Part shown: positions 21,231 through 31,238 of the stretch, piece by piece
Numbering within the stretch: position 1 is the stretch's first letter
How the letters are laid out: every line of letters starts with the position of its first letter
Origin: an uncultured Planctomycetota bacterium
GTDB taxonomy: Bacteria > Planctomycetota > Planctomycetia > Isosphaerales > Isosphaeraceae
Reading direction: 5' to 3'
DNA length: 64,000 nt
NCBI GenBank assembly: GCA_963823665.1
Contig: CAWGMQ010000010.1
Location: 1,056,001-1,120,000, forward strand
Translations under genes and position numbers: made by a program
Notes under the pieces: model-generated
What the model was told of the DNA's origin: nothing
What the model saw: the letters and a program-made list of their open reading frames with translations, nothing else
Databases searched by the model: none

Positions 21231-22598
21231 ATGAGAATCAAGAAGTTCATGCTCAGCTCGTCGCTCGCGATCGTGCTCGCAGCCAGCCTGACGACGGCAT
21301 GCGCCGACTCGGTGATGATTGGTTCTGCGCAACGCTCGGCGCTGGCCGGGGCCGTCGAGCTCGACGCCAGCTCGCGGACGAACGTCGACGTGCAGCAGGC
21401 GATCAAGAGCTTCGAGAAGCGCGACATTGACCAGTGCCTACAACAGCTTACGAAGGCTCGCGAATCTCATCCCGAGCTTCCTCCGCCGAATGCATTACTG
21501 GCCAAGCTCGCCTTTATGAGCAGCCAGGGAAGCCTGATCCGGCCCGCGCTCGAGCTGGCGGTTTCCGAAGATGCTGAACATCCCGAAGTGTTCATCCTCT
21601 TCGGTAACCTCGCGCTGGTTGAGAACCGATTGACGGACGCCGCACTCCATTTTGAAAAGGCGACGTCGCTGGCGGCCGCGAAACGCTGGTCGGAGGAAGA
21701 GCGGAATCGCTTCGAGTACCTGTGCGACCAGGGGACCGCGATCGTGTTCGAGAACCGAGGCGACTGGAAGGCCGCCCGTGCCGCGCTGGAACGATGGCTG
21801 AAATACGAGCCGGCCAATGCCGGAGCTCGCCAGCGGCTGGGCAAAGTCTTGTTCCAAATCGGCGAATACAAAGCCGCCCACGCGGAGCTGGAACGGGCTT
21901 GCAAGGACGACGACAAGCTCGAACCGGCGGCAGTCGCGATGGGCTGGCTTTATACGCGAGCCGGCAATCTGAAGAAGGCGGAGGAATGGATGGACTACGC
22001 CGTCAAGCTCGCCCCCGAGTCGCCGGCCGCCCATAAGGGCATGGCCGCATGGCTACTCGAAGAAGGCCGCGGCGATCTAGCCCAGAGCCATCTTGACGCG
22101 GTCCTCAAGTCCAATCCCGCGTCCGGCGAGATCAACAGACTCGTGGGGCTGGCAGCCCGCCAGCGGAAGGACCTGGCCGCGGCCGAGAAAGTCTTTCAGG
22201 CCATGGCCGACCTATCACCGGCCGATGCCTGGGCGCGGAACCAGTTGGCCCTGGTCCTGGCCGACCAAAAAGATCCAGCAAAACGAAAGAGAGCGCTTGA
22301 GCTGGTCGAGCTGAACGTGCGCCAGAACCCCAAGGCGGCCGACTCGCTGGCGACCCTGGGGACGGTTTACTACCAGCTTGGCCGGCTCGAAGACGCCGAG
22401 AAGCTGCTGGCGGCCGTGTTTCAGAACGGCCAGTGCCAATCGGACGACGTGCTGACCCTGGCTCGCGTCGAGGCGGCGCGCGGAAAGAAGGACCTGGTGG
22501 TGCCGCTGCTCAAGAAAGCACTGGCCGCTTCGGGGCTCTTTCTCGAACGGAACGAAGCCAAGCGATGGCTCGAAGAGCTGGAGAAGGCCAAGTCGTGA
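21231..22598 (+). CDS. Exported tetratricopeptide-repeat protein
   Basis: 455-aa ORF; signal-peptide-like N-terminus; helical TPR patterns (ARQRLGKVLFQIGEY, LATLGTVYYQLGRLEDA). Confidence 0.85.
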   Translation: MRIKKFMLSSSLAIVLAASLTTACADSVMIGSAQRSALAGAVELDASSRTNVDVQQAIKSFEKRDIDQCLQQLTKARESHPELPPPNALLAKLAFMSSQGSLIRPALELAVSEDAEHPEVFILFGNLALVENRLTDAALHFEKATSLAAAKRWSEEERNRFEYLCDQGTAIVFENRGDWKAARAALERWLKYEPANAGARQRLGKVLFQIGEYKAAHAELERACKDDDKLEPAAVAMGWLYTRAGNLKKAEEWMDYAVKLAPESPAAHKGMAAWLLEEGRGDLAQSHLDAVLKSNPASGEINRLVGLAARQRKDLAAAEKVFQAMADLSPADAWARNQLALVLADQKDPAKRKRALELVELNVRQNPKAADSLATLGTVYYQLGRLEDAEKLLAAVFQNGQCQSDDVLTLARVEAARGKKDLVVPLLKKALAASGLFLERNEAKRWLEELEKAKS

Positions 22599-22641
22599 TA
22601 TTCGATTTCATTCAGAGTCGCAATAGATGGAGTGAGCACCT

Positions 22642-25600
22642 GTGGATCGAATCAAAGCCAAGCGACACCGGCGATCGCTGCTCGAGGCCGCGATCACGTC
22701 ATTCGTTCTGAGCTTCACGGCTCCGTGCGCTTTGCGCAGACAACGTGGAAAGGCGGGACCGGCAACTGGAACGTCGCCGGCAACTGGACCCCCGGCGTGG
22801 TTCCAAACGGCTCGACCATCAGCGTGGCCATAACCGGCACTTCCGGAGACTTATCCTCGGTCACGCTCAATAACCTTGCGCCGACGATACAGAACCTCTC
22901 GCTCGACTCGTTCAGCACGCTCACGATCCAGTCGGGAGAGTCTCTCTACCTGGCGGGATCAACCATCACCAATGCGGGTCAGATCAATGTCGGGCTCTCC
23001 AGCTCAGCCGCCATCCTTTACGTCGGACCCAGCGTGACGCTCTCGGGCGGAGGCACAGTCAGCCTCAACAACGCCAAATCCGTTTTCGAGTCTACATTCC
23101 AGAACAGCACCCTGGTGAACCAGAGCACGATCCAGGGGCAGGGAGACATCCGGTTCTTCACGAACTTCAACAACCAGGGCACCGTCAATGCCAACGTCCC
23201 TGGCGGGACGCTCCAGCTCTCTGTAGAAAACACGACCAACACCGGGACGCTCGAAGCCACCGGCGGCGGCACTTTAAACTTCTACGGCGTGACCGTGACC
23301 AATACCGGTGGTACGATCTCCACCGACAGCTCGTCGTCGGTCACCTTCAACCAATACTCCGCGATCATCGGCGGCAACCTCACCAGCACCGGTGGCGGCG
23401 TGATCCACGGTCTCCTTAACACCACCCTCCAGGGAGTCACCATCACCCCCGGATCGATTTACTCGGTCGACGCCGGCAATACCAACTACCTCACCGGCAA
23501 CCTGGTCAACCAGGGAACGGTCTTGATCGGAGGCAGCGCGGCGCCGGCACTCTCCAACTTGTTTCTCCGACCGGCACGGCGCTCGCTGTGAACCTCACCG
23601 GTGGCGGCACAGTCAACTTGAGCAACGCCAGTTCCGTTATCACAGTTAACCCCGGTGACTCAGGCAACTTGTTAAGCCTGGTGAATAAGGACAACACGAT
23701 CCAGGGGCAGGGCTCCATCTACGGCCTGGCGAATTTCACCAACCAGGGCACGGTCAACGCCAACGTCTCGGGCGGTACGCTCAGCATCGGCAATACCCTG
23801 TTTAATTCGGGACAACCGACGACTAACACCGGGACGCTCGAAGCAACCGGGGGCGGCACGCTAAGCTTCTTCCGTTCGACCGTGACCAATACCAACGGAA
23901 CCATCTCCGCCGGCAACTCGTCGTCGGTCATCATCGGTGGGAACGCCACGATCATCGGCGGCAACCTCACCAGTTCAGGAACCGGCGAGATCCACGCTCA
24001 GGGCGCCTCTTTCCAGGGCGTTACGATCACCTCCGGATCGACCTTCTCGGTCGATGGTGGCAGTTTCAGCTCCCCCAGCTCACTTACCGGCAACCTCACC
24101 AACCAGGGAACGGTCTTGATCGGAAACAGTGCCAGCGCCGGTATTCTCTACATCGCCGCTTCCACCGTCAACCTCTCCGGGGGGGGCACAGTCACCCTCA
24201 ACAACGCCAATTCCGAAATTTCGTACGAGACCAACTCGAGCCTGGTGAATAAGGACAACACGATCCAGGGGCAGGGCTTTATCTCCGGCCTGACGAACTT
24301 CACCAACGGAGGAACCGTCAATGCCAACGTCGCGGGCGGGACGCTAGAGATCGTCTCCGGAGGAACGACGACCAACACCGGCACGCTCGAAGCCACCGGC
24401 GGGGGCACGCTAGAATTCTCCAACCGAAACACCGTGACCAACACCAACGGGACCATCTTCGCGGGCAACTCGTCTTCGGTCACGCTCACCCAATACTCCA
24501 CGATCATCGGCGGCAACCTGACCAGTACAGGGAGCGGCGAGATCCACGGTTCCGGGGCCGCCACTCTGAGCGGCGTCACCATCACCGCTGGATCGACCTA
24601 CTCGGTCGACCCCGGCTCTATCACCTACCTCGCCGGCAACCTGGTGAACCAGGGAACGGTCTTGATCGGAAGCAGCTCCAGTCTCGAAATCAACGCCTCC
24701 GCAGTCACCCTCTCCGGGGGCGGCACGATCAACCTGAACAACGCCACTTCCGAAATCGTCGGTGTGGCATCACCTGGCGCGCACAACCTGGTGAATCAGG
24801 ACAACACCATCCAGGGGCAGGGCTACTTCAACGGCTATCTGTCGAGCTTCATCAACGGGGGAACCGTGAGCGCCAATGTCTCGGGCGGAATGCTCACCAT
24901 CGAAGCACCGACGACCAACAACGGCACGTTCCAGGTAACCGAAGGCAGCACGCTTCAGGTCCTCAATAATAGCTTCACCAACACGGGAACGGTGAACATC
25001 GGCGCTCTCAAGGATACCTCGGCTAGCCTCTTTCAAGTAGTTGCGACGAGCTCTGGTGTGAATAACGATTACATTCAGACCGACGGCACCACCAGTCTCT
25101 GGAGCGCCCATAGTACGCTCGCCGTTTCGATGGGTCAGTCGGTCAACATCGAAGGGGGCTTGCTCCAGGGGCTCGGTACCGTAGAGGGCAACCTGATCAA
25201 CTCGGGAATGGTTCACCCCGGTGATGGGCCGGGAGTTCTTACCGTCATGGGGAATTACACTCAGAATTCCGGCGGGATCCTGGACATCGCGATCGGCGGC
25301 AGCATGGCGGGCAGCGGTTTCAGCGCCCTCAGCGTGAGCGGCACGACCACGCTCAACGGTGGCAGCATCCTGGACGTCAGCCTGTTTGGTATACCCACCA
25401 TCACCGTCGGCGAAAAATTCGTGATTTTGACCTCGAGCGACCTGGTCGTGAACGGAGGTGGGTTCGCCGAGTCCACAGTCCAGGTCGGGGGTGTGACGTT
25501 TGACGTCGAGTATAGCCCGGCCGGGTACCAGAACGATGTGGTACTTCTGGTTGTCCAGGCGTCATCGGTACCCGAGCCCGCCTCGCTGGTCTTGCTCGGC

Positions 25601-25693
25601 ATCGGGATCGCCGGCGTGGGAATTTTTGTCGCTCGCCGGCGTCGCAAGAGCGGTCGAAATGCTCGGTCACCGGCCCGAACGATTTCGCCGTGA
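22642..25693 (+). CDS. PEP-CTERM sorting-domain protein with beta-strand repeats; frameshifts at ~22732 and ~23570
   Basis: Signal peptide MDRIKAKRHRRSLLEAAITSFVLSF; repeated NTIQGQG...NQGTVLIG modules; C-terminal VPEPASLVLLGIGIAGVGIFVARRRRK. Confidence 0.85.
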
Positions 25694-25893
25694 CCTCTGC
25701 GGCGCTCGGTTGGATTATGCGCACGGACGGGGTGACTGCAACAGCCACTTCATTGATCATGCCTGTGCCGCAGCCAGGCGAGAGCAATGGACTCGTCCGG
25801 TGATCGAGGGGCAAACGCTCGAGAAAAGCTGTGTGTGTCCTGCCTGATCGCTCAGTATGCTACGATGGCCTGATCGGCGAGGGCCATTGAGCG

Positions 25894-26682
25894 ATGATGA
25901 TCTGGGACTTGCACTGCCACATCACCGAGCACCTTGGCGGGCGGACTCCCGATGAGTCGATGGCGCGGATGATGGCTCTGGCCGATCGCATGGGGATCGA
26001 CCGCGTGGTCATCTACATGGGCGACAAGGCCGTCGCGGACCCTTCTCCGGACGAGCTGCGCCGGCAGAATGACCAGGTTCTCCAGGCGCTCAGTCACTGG
26101 CATCACCGCGCCTTCGGGTTCGTCTATGTGAGTCCTAAGCATGTCGAGGCGAGCCTCCGCGAGATCGATCGCTGCGTGCGCGACGGACCGATGGTGGGTT
26201 TGAAGCTGTGGGTCGCGGTGCGCTGCGATTGTCCGGAGGCCGACGAGCTCGTCCGTCGCGCCGCGGAGCTGAAGGCAGTCGTCTTTCAGCACACCTGGAT
26301 CAAGGCCGGCGGCAACGATCCGGGCGAATCGACGCCGATGGATCTGGCTGCGCTTGCGGCCCGGCACCCCAAGGCCGCGCTGATCTGCGGCCACACCGGC
26401 GGCCAGTGGGAGCTGGGCATCCGGGTCATCCGCAGCCTGCCGAACGTGGCGATCGACCTGGCCGGGTCCGATCCCACTGCGGGCTTCGTGGAGATGGCTG
26501 TGCGCGAGCTGGGTGCGCGGCGAATTCTGTACGGCAGCGACATGCCTGGCCGCAGCTTCGCCTCGCAGCTCGCCAAGGTGCTGGGAGCGAATGTTAGCGA
26601 CCAAGACCGGCGGCTCATCCTGGGCGAGAACCTCAGGCGCCTGCTGATGCCGATCCTTGACGCCAAGGGGAAGAAGCCATGA
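25894..26682 (+). CDS. Amidohydrolase-family metal-dependent hydrolase
   Basis: IWDLHCH, FQHTW, ICGHTGG, RILYGSDMP, ILGENLRRLL. Confidence 0.9.
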   Translation: MMIWDLHCHITEHLGGRTPDESMARMMALADRMGIDRVVIYMGDKAVADPSPDELRRQNDQVLQALSHWHHRAFGFVYVSPKHVEASLREIDRCVRDGPMVGLKLWVAVRCDCPEADELVRRAAELKAVVFQHTWIKAGGNDPGESTPMDLAALAARHPKAALICGHTGGQWELGIRVIRSLPNVAIDLAGSDPTAGFVEMAVRELGARRILYGSDMPGRSFASQLAKVLGANVSDQDRRLILGENLRRLLMPILDAKGKKP

Positions 26683-27455
26683 TCGACGTCAACGTCTGGC
26701 TCTCGCGCTGGCCGTTCCGCCGCCTCCCCGTTGACGAGCCGCAAGACCTGGTACGGCGCCTGAGGGGCCTGGGTGTGACCGAGGCCTGGGCCGGGAGTTT
26801 TGACGCGCTCTTGCATCGCGATCTCGGTGCCGTGAATGCGCGGCTGGCCGCGGACTGTCGCACGCATGGCGCGGGGCTCTTACGCCCCTTTGGAGCGGTC
26901 GATCCGCTGTTGCCGGACTGGCGTGAAGAGCTGCGCCGCTGCCACGAAGAGCATCGAATGCCGGCCATTCGCCTGCATCCGAACTACCACGGCTACGCCC
27001 TCGATCATCCGGCCTTTGCGGATCTGCTGGGCGAGGCCGCGCGGCGCGGGTTGATCGTCCAGATCGCGCTGAAGATGGAGGACGAGCGCACCTTGCACCC
27101 GCTCATCAAATCGTTGCCCACGACCGATCCGGCACCTCTGGCCGGGTTGTTCGCCCGTGGTCTCCGGGCGAAGGTTGTGCTCTTGAATGCGCTGGGCAAC
27201 CGCCTGGGCGAGCCGCTCAAGCGATTGCTGGCGACTGGCGGCATCTGGGTCGACATCGCGATGCTGGAAGGGGCGGCCGGGCTCGAGAAGCTGGTTGGCC
27301 AGGTTGGATTCGAGCGGATCGTGTTCGGTTCTCACGCACCTTTCTATTACGCCGACGCGGCCCATTTGAAGCTCAAGGAGTCGATTTTGACCGCCGAGCA
27401 GGGCGAGGCGGTACGGCAGGGTAATGCGCAACGGCTCCTGGGGGTGGCGCCCTGA
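26679..27455 (+). CDS. Amidohydrolase-family protein, second of a translationally coupled pair
   Basis: MIDVN, IRLHPNYHGY, RIVFGSHAP, GNAQRLL; ATGA overlap with the upstream gene. Confidence 0.85.
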   Translation: MIDVNVWLSRWPFRRLPVDEPQDLVRRLRGLGVTEAWAGSFDALLHRDLGAVNARLAADCRTHGAGLLRPFGAVDPLLPDWREELRRCHEEHRMPAIRLHPNYHGYALDHPAFADLLGEAARRGLIVQIALKMEDERTLHPLIKSLPTTDPAPLAGLFARGLRAKVVLLNALGNRLGEPLKRLLATGGIWVDIAMLEGAAGLEKLVGQVGFERIVFGSHAPFYYADAAHLKLKESILTAEQGEAVRQGNAQRLLGVAP

Positions 27456-27548
27456 CTCGGTATCGGATCGTTGCTGAACTTGGTCGGGCCAGCGTATCAT
27501 TCGGCCAGGGGCGACGAGCATCAAAGGACCAGTGCAAGGGCGACTGTC

Positions 27549-27989
27549 ATGCGCAGCACCGGGGAGGCCAAGAGCGTGGGACGCTTCAGCGTTGACCTGG
27601 AAATCGCCAACAATGATGACTTGGCCCTCGTGCGGCGAGGACTGCTCGCGGCGACCGAAGTGCGCCGGGAGACGATTCGAGGTGTTGTCGACTCCGGGGC
27701 GACGAAGCTCGTCTTGCCGGCGGATGTCGTGAAGCGACTGGGCCTGCCGCTGGGCAAGCCCGTGAAGGTGACTTACGCCGATGGGCGAAAGGCGAAACGA
27801 AACCGGGCGGAGGAAGTCTTTGTTGAGCTTCTTGGCCGCCACGGAACGTTCACCGCTGTGGTCGAGCCGGGGAGGGAGACTGCACTGGTCGGAGCGATCG
27901 TCCTTGAAGATCTCGATCTGCTCGTAGACTGCGTCGCCCAGCAGTTAGTTCCACGAGATCCTCGTGGCGAGACATTCGAGATCGAGTGA
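27549..27989 (+). CDS. Clan AA (retropepsin-like) aspartic protease
   Basis: VVDSGATKLVLP catalytic motif, YADGR flap, LVGAIVLEDLDL. Confidence 0.85.
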   Translation: MRSTGEAKSVGRFSVDLEIANNDDLALVRRGLLAATEVRRETIRGVVDSGATKLVLPADVVKRLGLPLGKPVKVTYADGRKAKRNRAEEVFVELLGRHGTFTAVVEPGRETALVGAIVLEDLDLLVDCVAQQLVPRDPRGETFEIE

Positions 27990-28030
27990 GATTTCCGCGA
28001 GCCGATGGCGGTGCGCTCGATTGCTTGGAG

Positions 28031-29170
28031 TCAGATCGACAGGCGGAGCTGCTGGCCACTCCTGCTCTCGTCGCCGAGCGACGACAGGGTTACGCCGAGC
28101 AAACGGATGCCCTTGCTGACAGGAAAGATCGCCTCGAGGAGCGAGTAAACGACCGCCTCGATTGCGGCTTCCGTCGTGAAGGGATTCTGGCCGGTCCGGC
28201 TGCGGGTGACTTGCCGGAAGTCGGCGTACCTCGCTTTGAGCGTCACGGTGCGACCTCGAATGGTCGACTCTTCACAGTACGACCACACTTGCTCGATGAG
28301 CGGTTTGACAGCGGCGCGTGCCTCGTCGAGAGTGCAGAGATCAGTCGCGAACGTGTTCTCCGCGCTGACGGACTTTCGAATGCGATTGGCGCAGACCAGT
28401 CGTTCGTCAATGGCCCGCGCAAGGTTGTAGTAGTAAGGACCCACCTTTCCAAACTGTTGCTGAAGAAAAGAGAGTGTTTGCGCTTTCAAGTCACTTCCCT
28501 TGTGAATGCCGAGCCGCTCCATCTTGGCACTGGTGACGGGACCGATGCCGTGAAACTTACCAACCGGCAAATCGTCGACGAACGCCGGGCCGTTTTTCGG
28601 CGTGATGACGAACAGTCCGTCCGGCTTGCGCTCGTTGGACGCCATCTTGGCGAGGAACTTGTTATACGACACGCCCGCGGAAGCGGTGAGCTCGGTCTCA
28701 GCACGAATTCTCGAGCGGATCTGCCGGGCAATCTCCGTTGCGGAAGGGATGCGTTTCAGGTTCTCGGTGACGTCAAGATACGCCTCATCGAGCGCAACCG
28801 GCTCGACGAGCTGCGTGTACTCGGCAAAGATCGCGCGGATTTGATGCGACACCGCGCGATAGACATCGAACCGTGGTTTCACGAAAATCAAATCCGGGCA
28901 GTTTCGCCGGGCGGTTATCGACGGCATGGCGGAGTGAACGCCGAATTTGCGAGCCTCGTAACTCGCCGCCGCCACGACACCGCGCTCGCGTGACCCGCCG
29001 ACCGCGACCGGCTTACCGCGCAGCTCCGGGTTGTCTCGCTGCTCCACGGAAGCATAGAACGCGTCCATGTCGATATGTATGATCTTACGCTGCCGCGTGG
29101 GTTCGACGTAACAACCCTCGCGGCTCGTGGCGATCGCTTCCGGCCGCCGTTCGATTTCCGGCTCTTCCAT
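28031..29170 (-). CDS. dinB: DNA polymerase IV (Y family)
   Basis: RKIIHIDMDAFYASVEQRD, AASYEARKFGVHSAM, ALDEAYLDVT, KFLAKMAS, IRLLGV. Confidence 0.97.
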   Translation of the reverse strand: MEEPEIERRPEAIATSREGCYVEPTRQRKIIHIDMDAFYASVEQRDNPELRGKPVAVGGSRERGVVAAASYEARKFGVHSAMPSITARRNCPDLIFVKPRFDVYRAVSHQIRAIFAEYTQLVEPVALDEAYLDVTENLKRIPSATEIARQIRSRIRAETELTASAGVSYNKFLAKMASNERKPDGLFVITPKNGPAFVDDLPVGKFHGIGPVTSAKMERLGIHKGSDLKAQTLSFLQQQFGKVGPYYYNLARAIDERLVCANRIRKSVSAENTFATDLCTLDEARAAVKPLIEQVWSYCEESTIRGRTVTLKARYADFRQVTRSRTGQNPFTTEAAIEAVVYSLLEAIFPVSKGIRLLGVTLSSLGDESRSGQQLRLSI

Positions 29171-29337
29171 CTGGCTTCAGGCCGCGAGGCCGCCCTCTTT
29201 ACTCACCTCGGCTCAGGCGACTGGCACGATCGATCCATGAACGTCCATGGCGCGAATCACGCCATGGACGCCTGAGTCTCCGATGCTCACGGCACTGACT
29301 CTACCAGATGAATGGCCATCCGTATACTGATTATCGA

Positions 29338-30315
29338 TCAGCTCGACCTCGCAGACGCGCGATGTTTCGCCAGGCCGTCATAGGCGACCCGGGTGAACAT
29401 GCCGCCGGTGAAGAAGCCCTTGGCCCACACAGCGTCGAGATCGTTTGTAGGCCGGGCGACGATTGCCTCCTGGGTGGTCTTGCCGGCGTCGAGGAGCGTC
29501 GCCAGGCGGTCGTTGACCGTCATGAGCATCTTCCGGAAGGCGGCCAGCTCGGCCGAGGTGGCCATCAGGCCGTGGCCCGGGATCAGTCGCGTCTTGGGTC
29601 CGGCAAGTTTGAGGATGCGATCGGCTGCGGCGATCATGCCGCCGATCCATCCGAGGCTCGACGCGTCGATATTCGGATAGAAGCCGTTCGAAAAGAGGTC
29701 GCCGGTGTGGATCACGTCGAGTGACGTGAAATGCACGATCAGGTCGCCATCGGTATGCGCCGGAGGGACGGCGGCCAGATGGAGCACCTCGGAGCCGACG
29801 TGGAGGTCGAATTCGTCTGCCGTCAAGATTGGCAGCGCGATCGACGGCGAGGCCGGTGTGGTCATCTTGAATGCTTCGGTGTACTGATCGGTCGAGAGCC
29901 GCTTCCGCGTGGCCGCGGTCGCAAAGATCGTTGCTCCTGCGCGGGCGAAAACTTCGTTGCCGCCGGCGTGATCGAAGTGCCAGTGCGTATTGATCAAACG
30001 CGAAACAGGCTTCCCGCCAACGCGTTTGACCGTCTCGAAGATCTCCTTGGCCCGCACGGGCACTCCCGAATCGATCACGGTGAGGCCGTCTGGTCCGTCG
30101 AGGACGGCGATGTTACCACCGGGACCCTGGATCAGGTGCAAACCGGTTGCGAGCTCAACGTGCTGGATCGGGATTTTCTCCATCAATGGACCCATCTTGG
30201 CGATCAACGGCGCGGGGTCAGAGTCGTCTTTTTGTTCGTCACCGCGGATGCGGCCTGCGGTCAAGAGAATTCCAGCAGCTCCAAGCCCCGATTGCATCCA
30301 TTCGCGTCTGTTCAT
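29338..30315 (-). CDS. MBL-fold metallo-hydrolase (cyclase-like) with Tat-like signal
   Basis: MNRREW leader; INTHWHFDHAGGN, AHTDGD, HTGD, IPGHG. Confidence 0.9.
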   Translation of the reverse strand: MNRREWMQSGLGAAGILLTAGRIRGDEQKDDSDPAPLIAKMGPLMEKIPIQHVELATGLHLIQGPGGNIAVLDGPDGLTVIDSGVPVRAKEIFETVKRVGGKPVSRLINTHWHFDHAGGNEVFARAGATIFATAATRKRLSTDQYTEAFKMTTPASPSIALPILTADEFDLHVGSEVLHLAAVPPAHTDGDLIVHFTSLDVIHTGDLFSNGFYPNIDASSLGWIGGMIAAADRILKLAGPKTRLIPGHGLMATSAELAAFRKMLMTVNDRLATLLDAGKTTQEAIVARPTNDLDAVWAKGFFTGGMFTRVAYDGLAKHRASARSS

Positions 30316-30456
30316 CGTGGAAATCACTCCTGAGAGACCCGATTCCAGCCCGCCCGACTACCGTGGCGCGGCACAGAAATGCATCTTACAATGGGAGTAC
30401 AGCGGGGGGAACGGCGCTTAAAAGAACGGCGCCCTCGGTGGTCGTGCGCGCGCCGA

Positions 30457-30733
30457 TCACGCAGTGTCGTCGGGTAGCGATTCTTGCTGTCGAGCCCGGT
30501 CCAGCAGATCGCGCACACCGAGCTGGGGAGCCCAAAGCTCAAGGTATTCGCGATCCAGCGAAGCCGCCTGCACTGTGCGACAGCTCCATTTCCACGACCA
30601 GGTCGACATCCTGCGTTGCACGCGGAATGCCGTAGAGCGAACTGGCGAACGAGCCGCCGACCACGTAGCGAATGCCGAGCTCGTTGAAAGCTCGCACGAG
30701 TCTCGCAAGGACGATCAGCGGTTCGGTGAACAT
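30457..30733 (-). pseudogene. Nucleotidyltransferase-like protein with a large internal deletion
   Basis: N-terminus YVVGGSFASSLYGIPRATQDVD joins out of frame to the C-terminus LDREYLELWAPQLGVRDLL; the middle is absent. Confidence 0.65.
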
Positions 30734-31023
30734 CAGTAGCCGGTCTCTCGGACATCCCAGCCGAACGCGCGGACCATCAAGTCCGGCTCGATGCACCGCG
30801 ACGCAAGTCGCAACGTCAGCTCTCGCTCGCCGGCGTGAGGGTGCCGGCGCCGGATGTCCGCAAGTGCGAGCTGCCGTACAGCCCGAGTGAGCGCGCAGAC
30901 ACACTCGATCTTCTGAGAAGGGGACATCTTGCGATAGCCCTCGACCAGGATCGCTTCAACAACCGGATCGGTGTCACCGGGACCAGATCTGCCGTGCGGC
31001 GCTCTGGGATTCATCTCGCTCAC
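30733..31023 (-). CDS. Small hypothetical protein, probable partner (antitoxin-like) of the nucleotidyltransferase
   Basis: DTDPVVEAILVEGYRKMSPSQK...IRRRHP; TGATG overlap with the downstream gene. Confidence 0.65.
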   Translation of the reverse strand: MSEMNPRAPHGRSGPGDTDPVVEAILVEGYRKMSPSQKIECVCALTRAVRQLALADIRRRHPHAGERELTLRLASRCIEPDLMVRAFGWDVRETGY

Positions 31024-31238
31024 GCCAGTATTGTGGTGAGATCATTTCCGCTCGCCAAATGCCGGCCCCCGGCCCCACCTCTCGGGCCGCGAGCCGGCCG
31101 AGCACAGTGTTCATGTTAATCCCGAGCGTAATCGTGGCATAGAGCCTAACATGCTCGAGCTTTCGCGCGCGTCGCAATCATTAGATTTCCGCGCGCGGTG
31201 ATCTCGCCTGAGGGACGGATATGCGACGTGCGGGTCGG

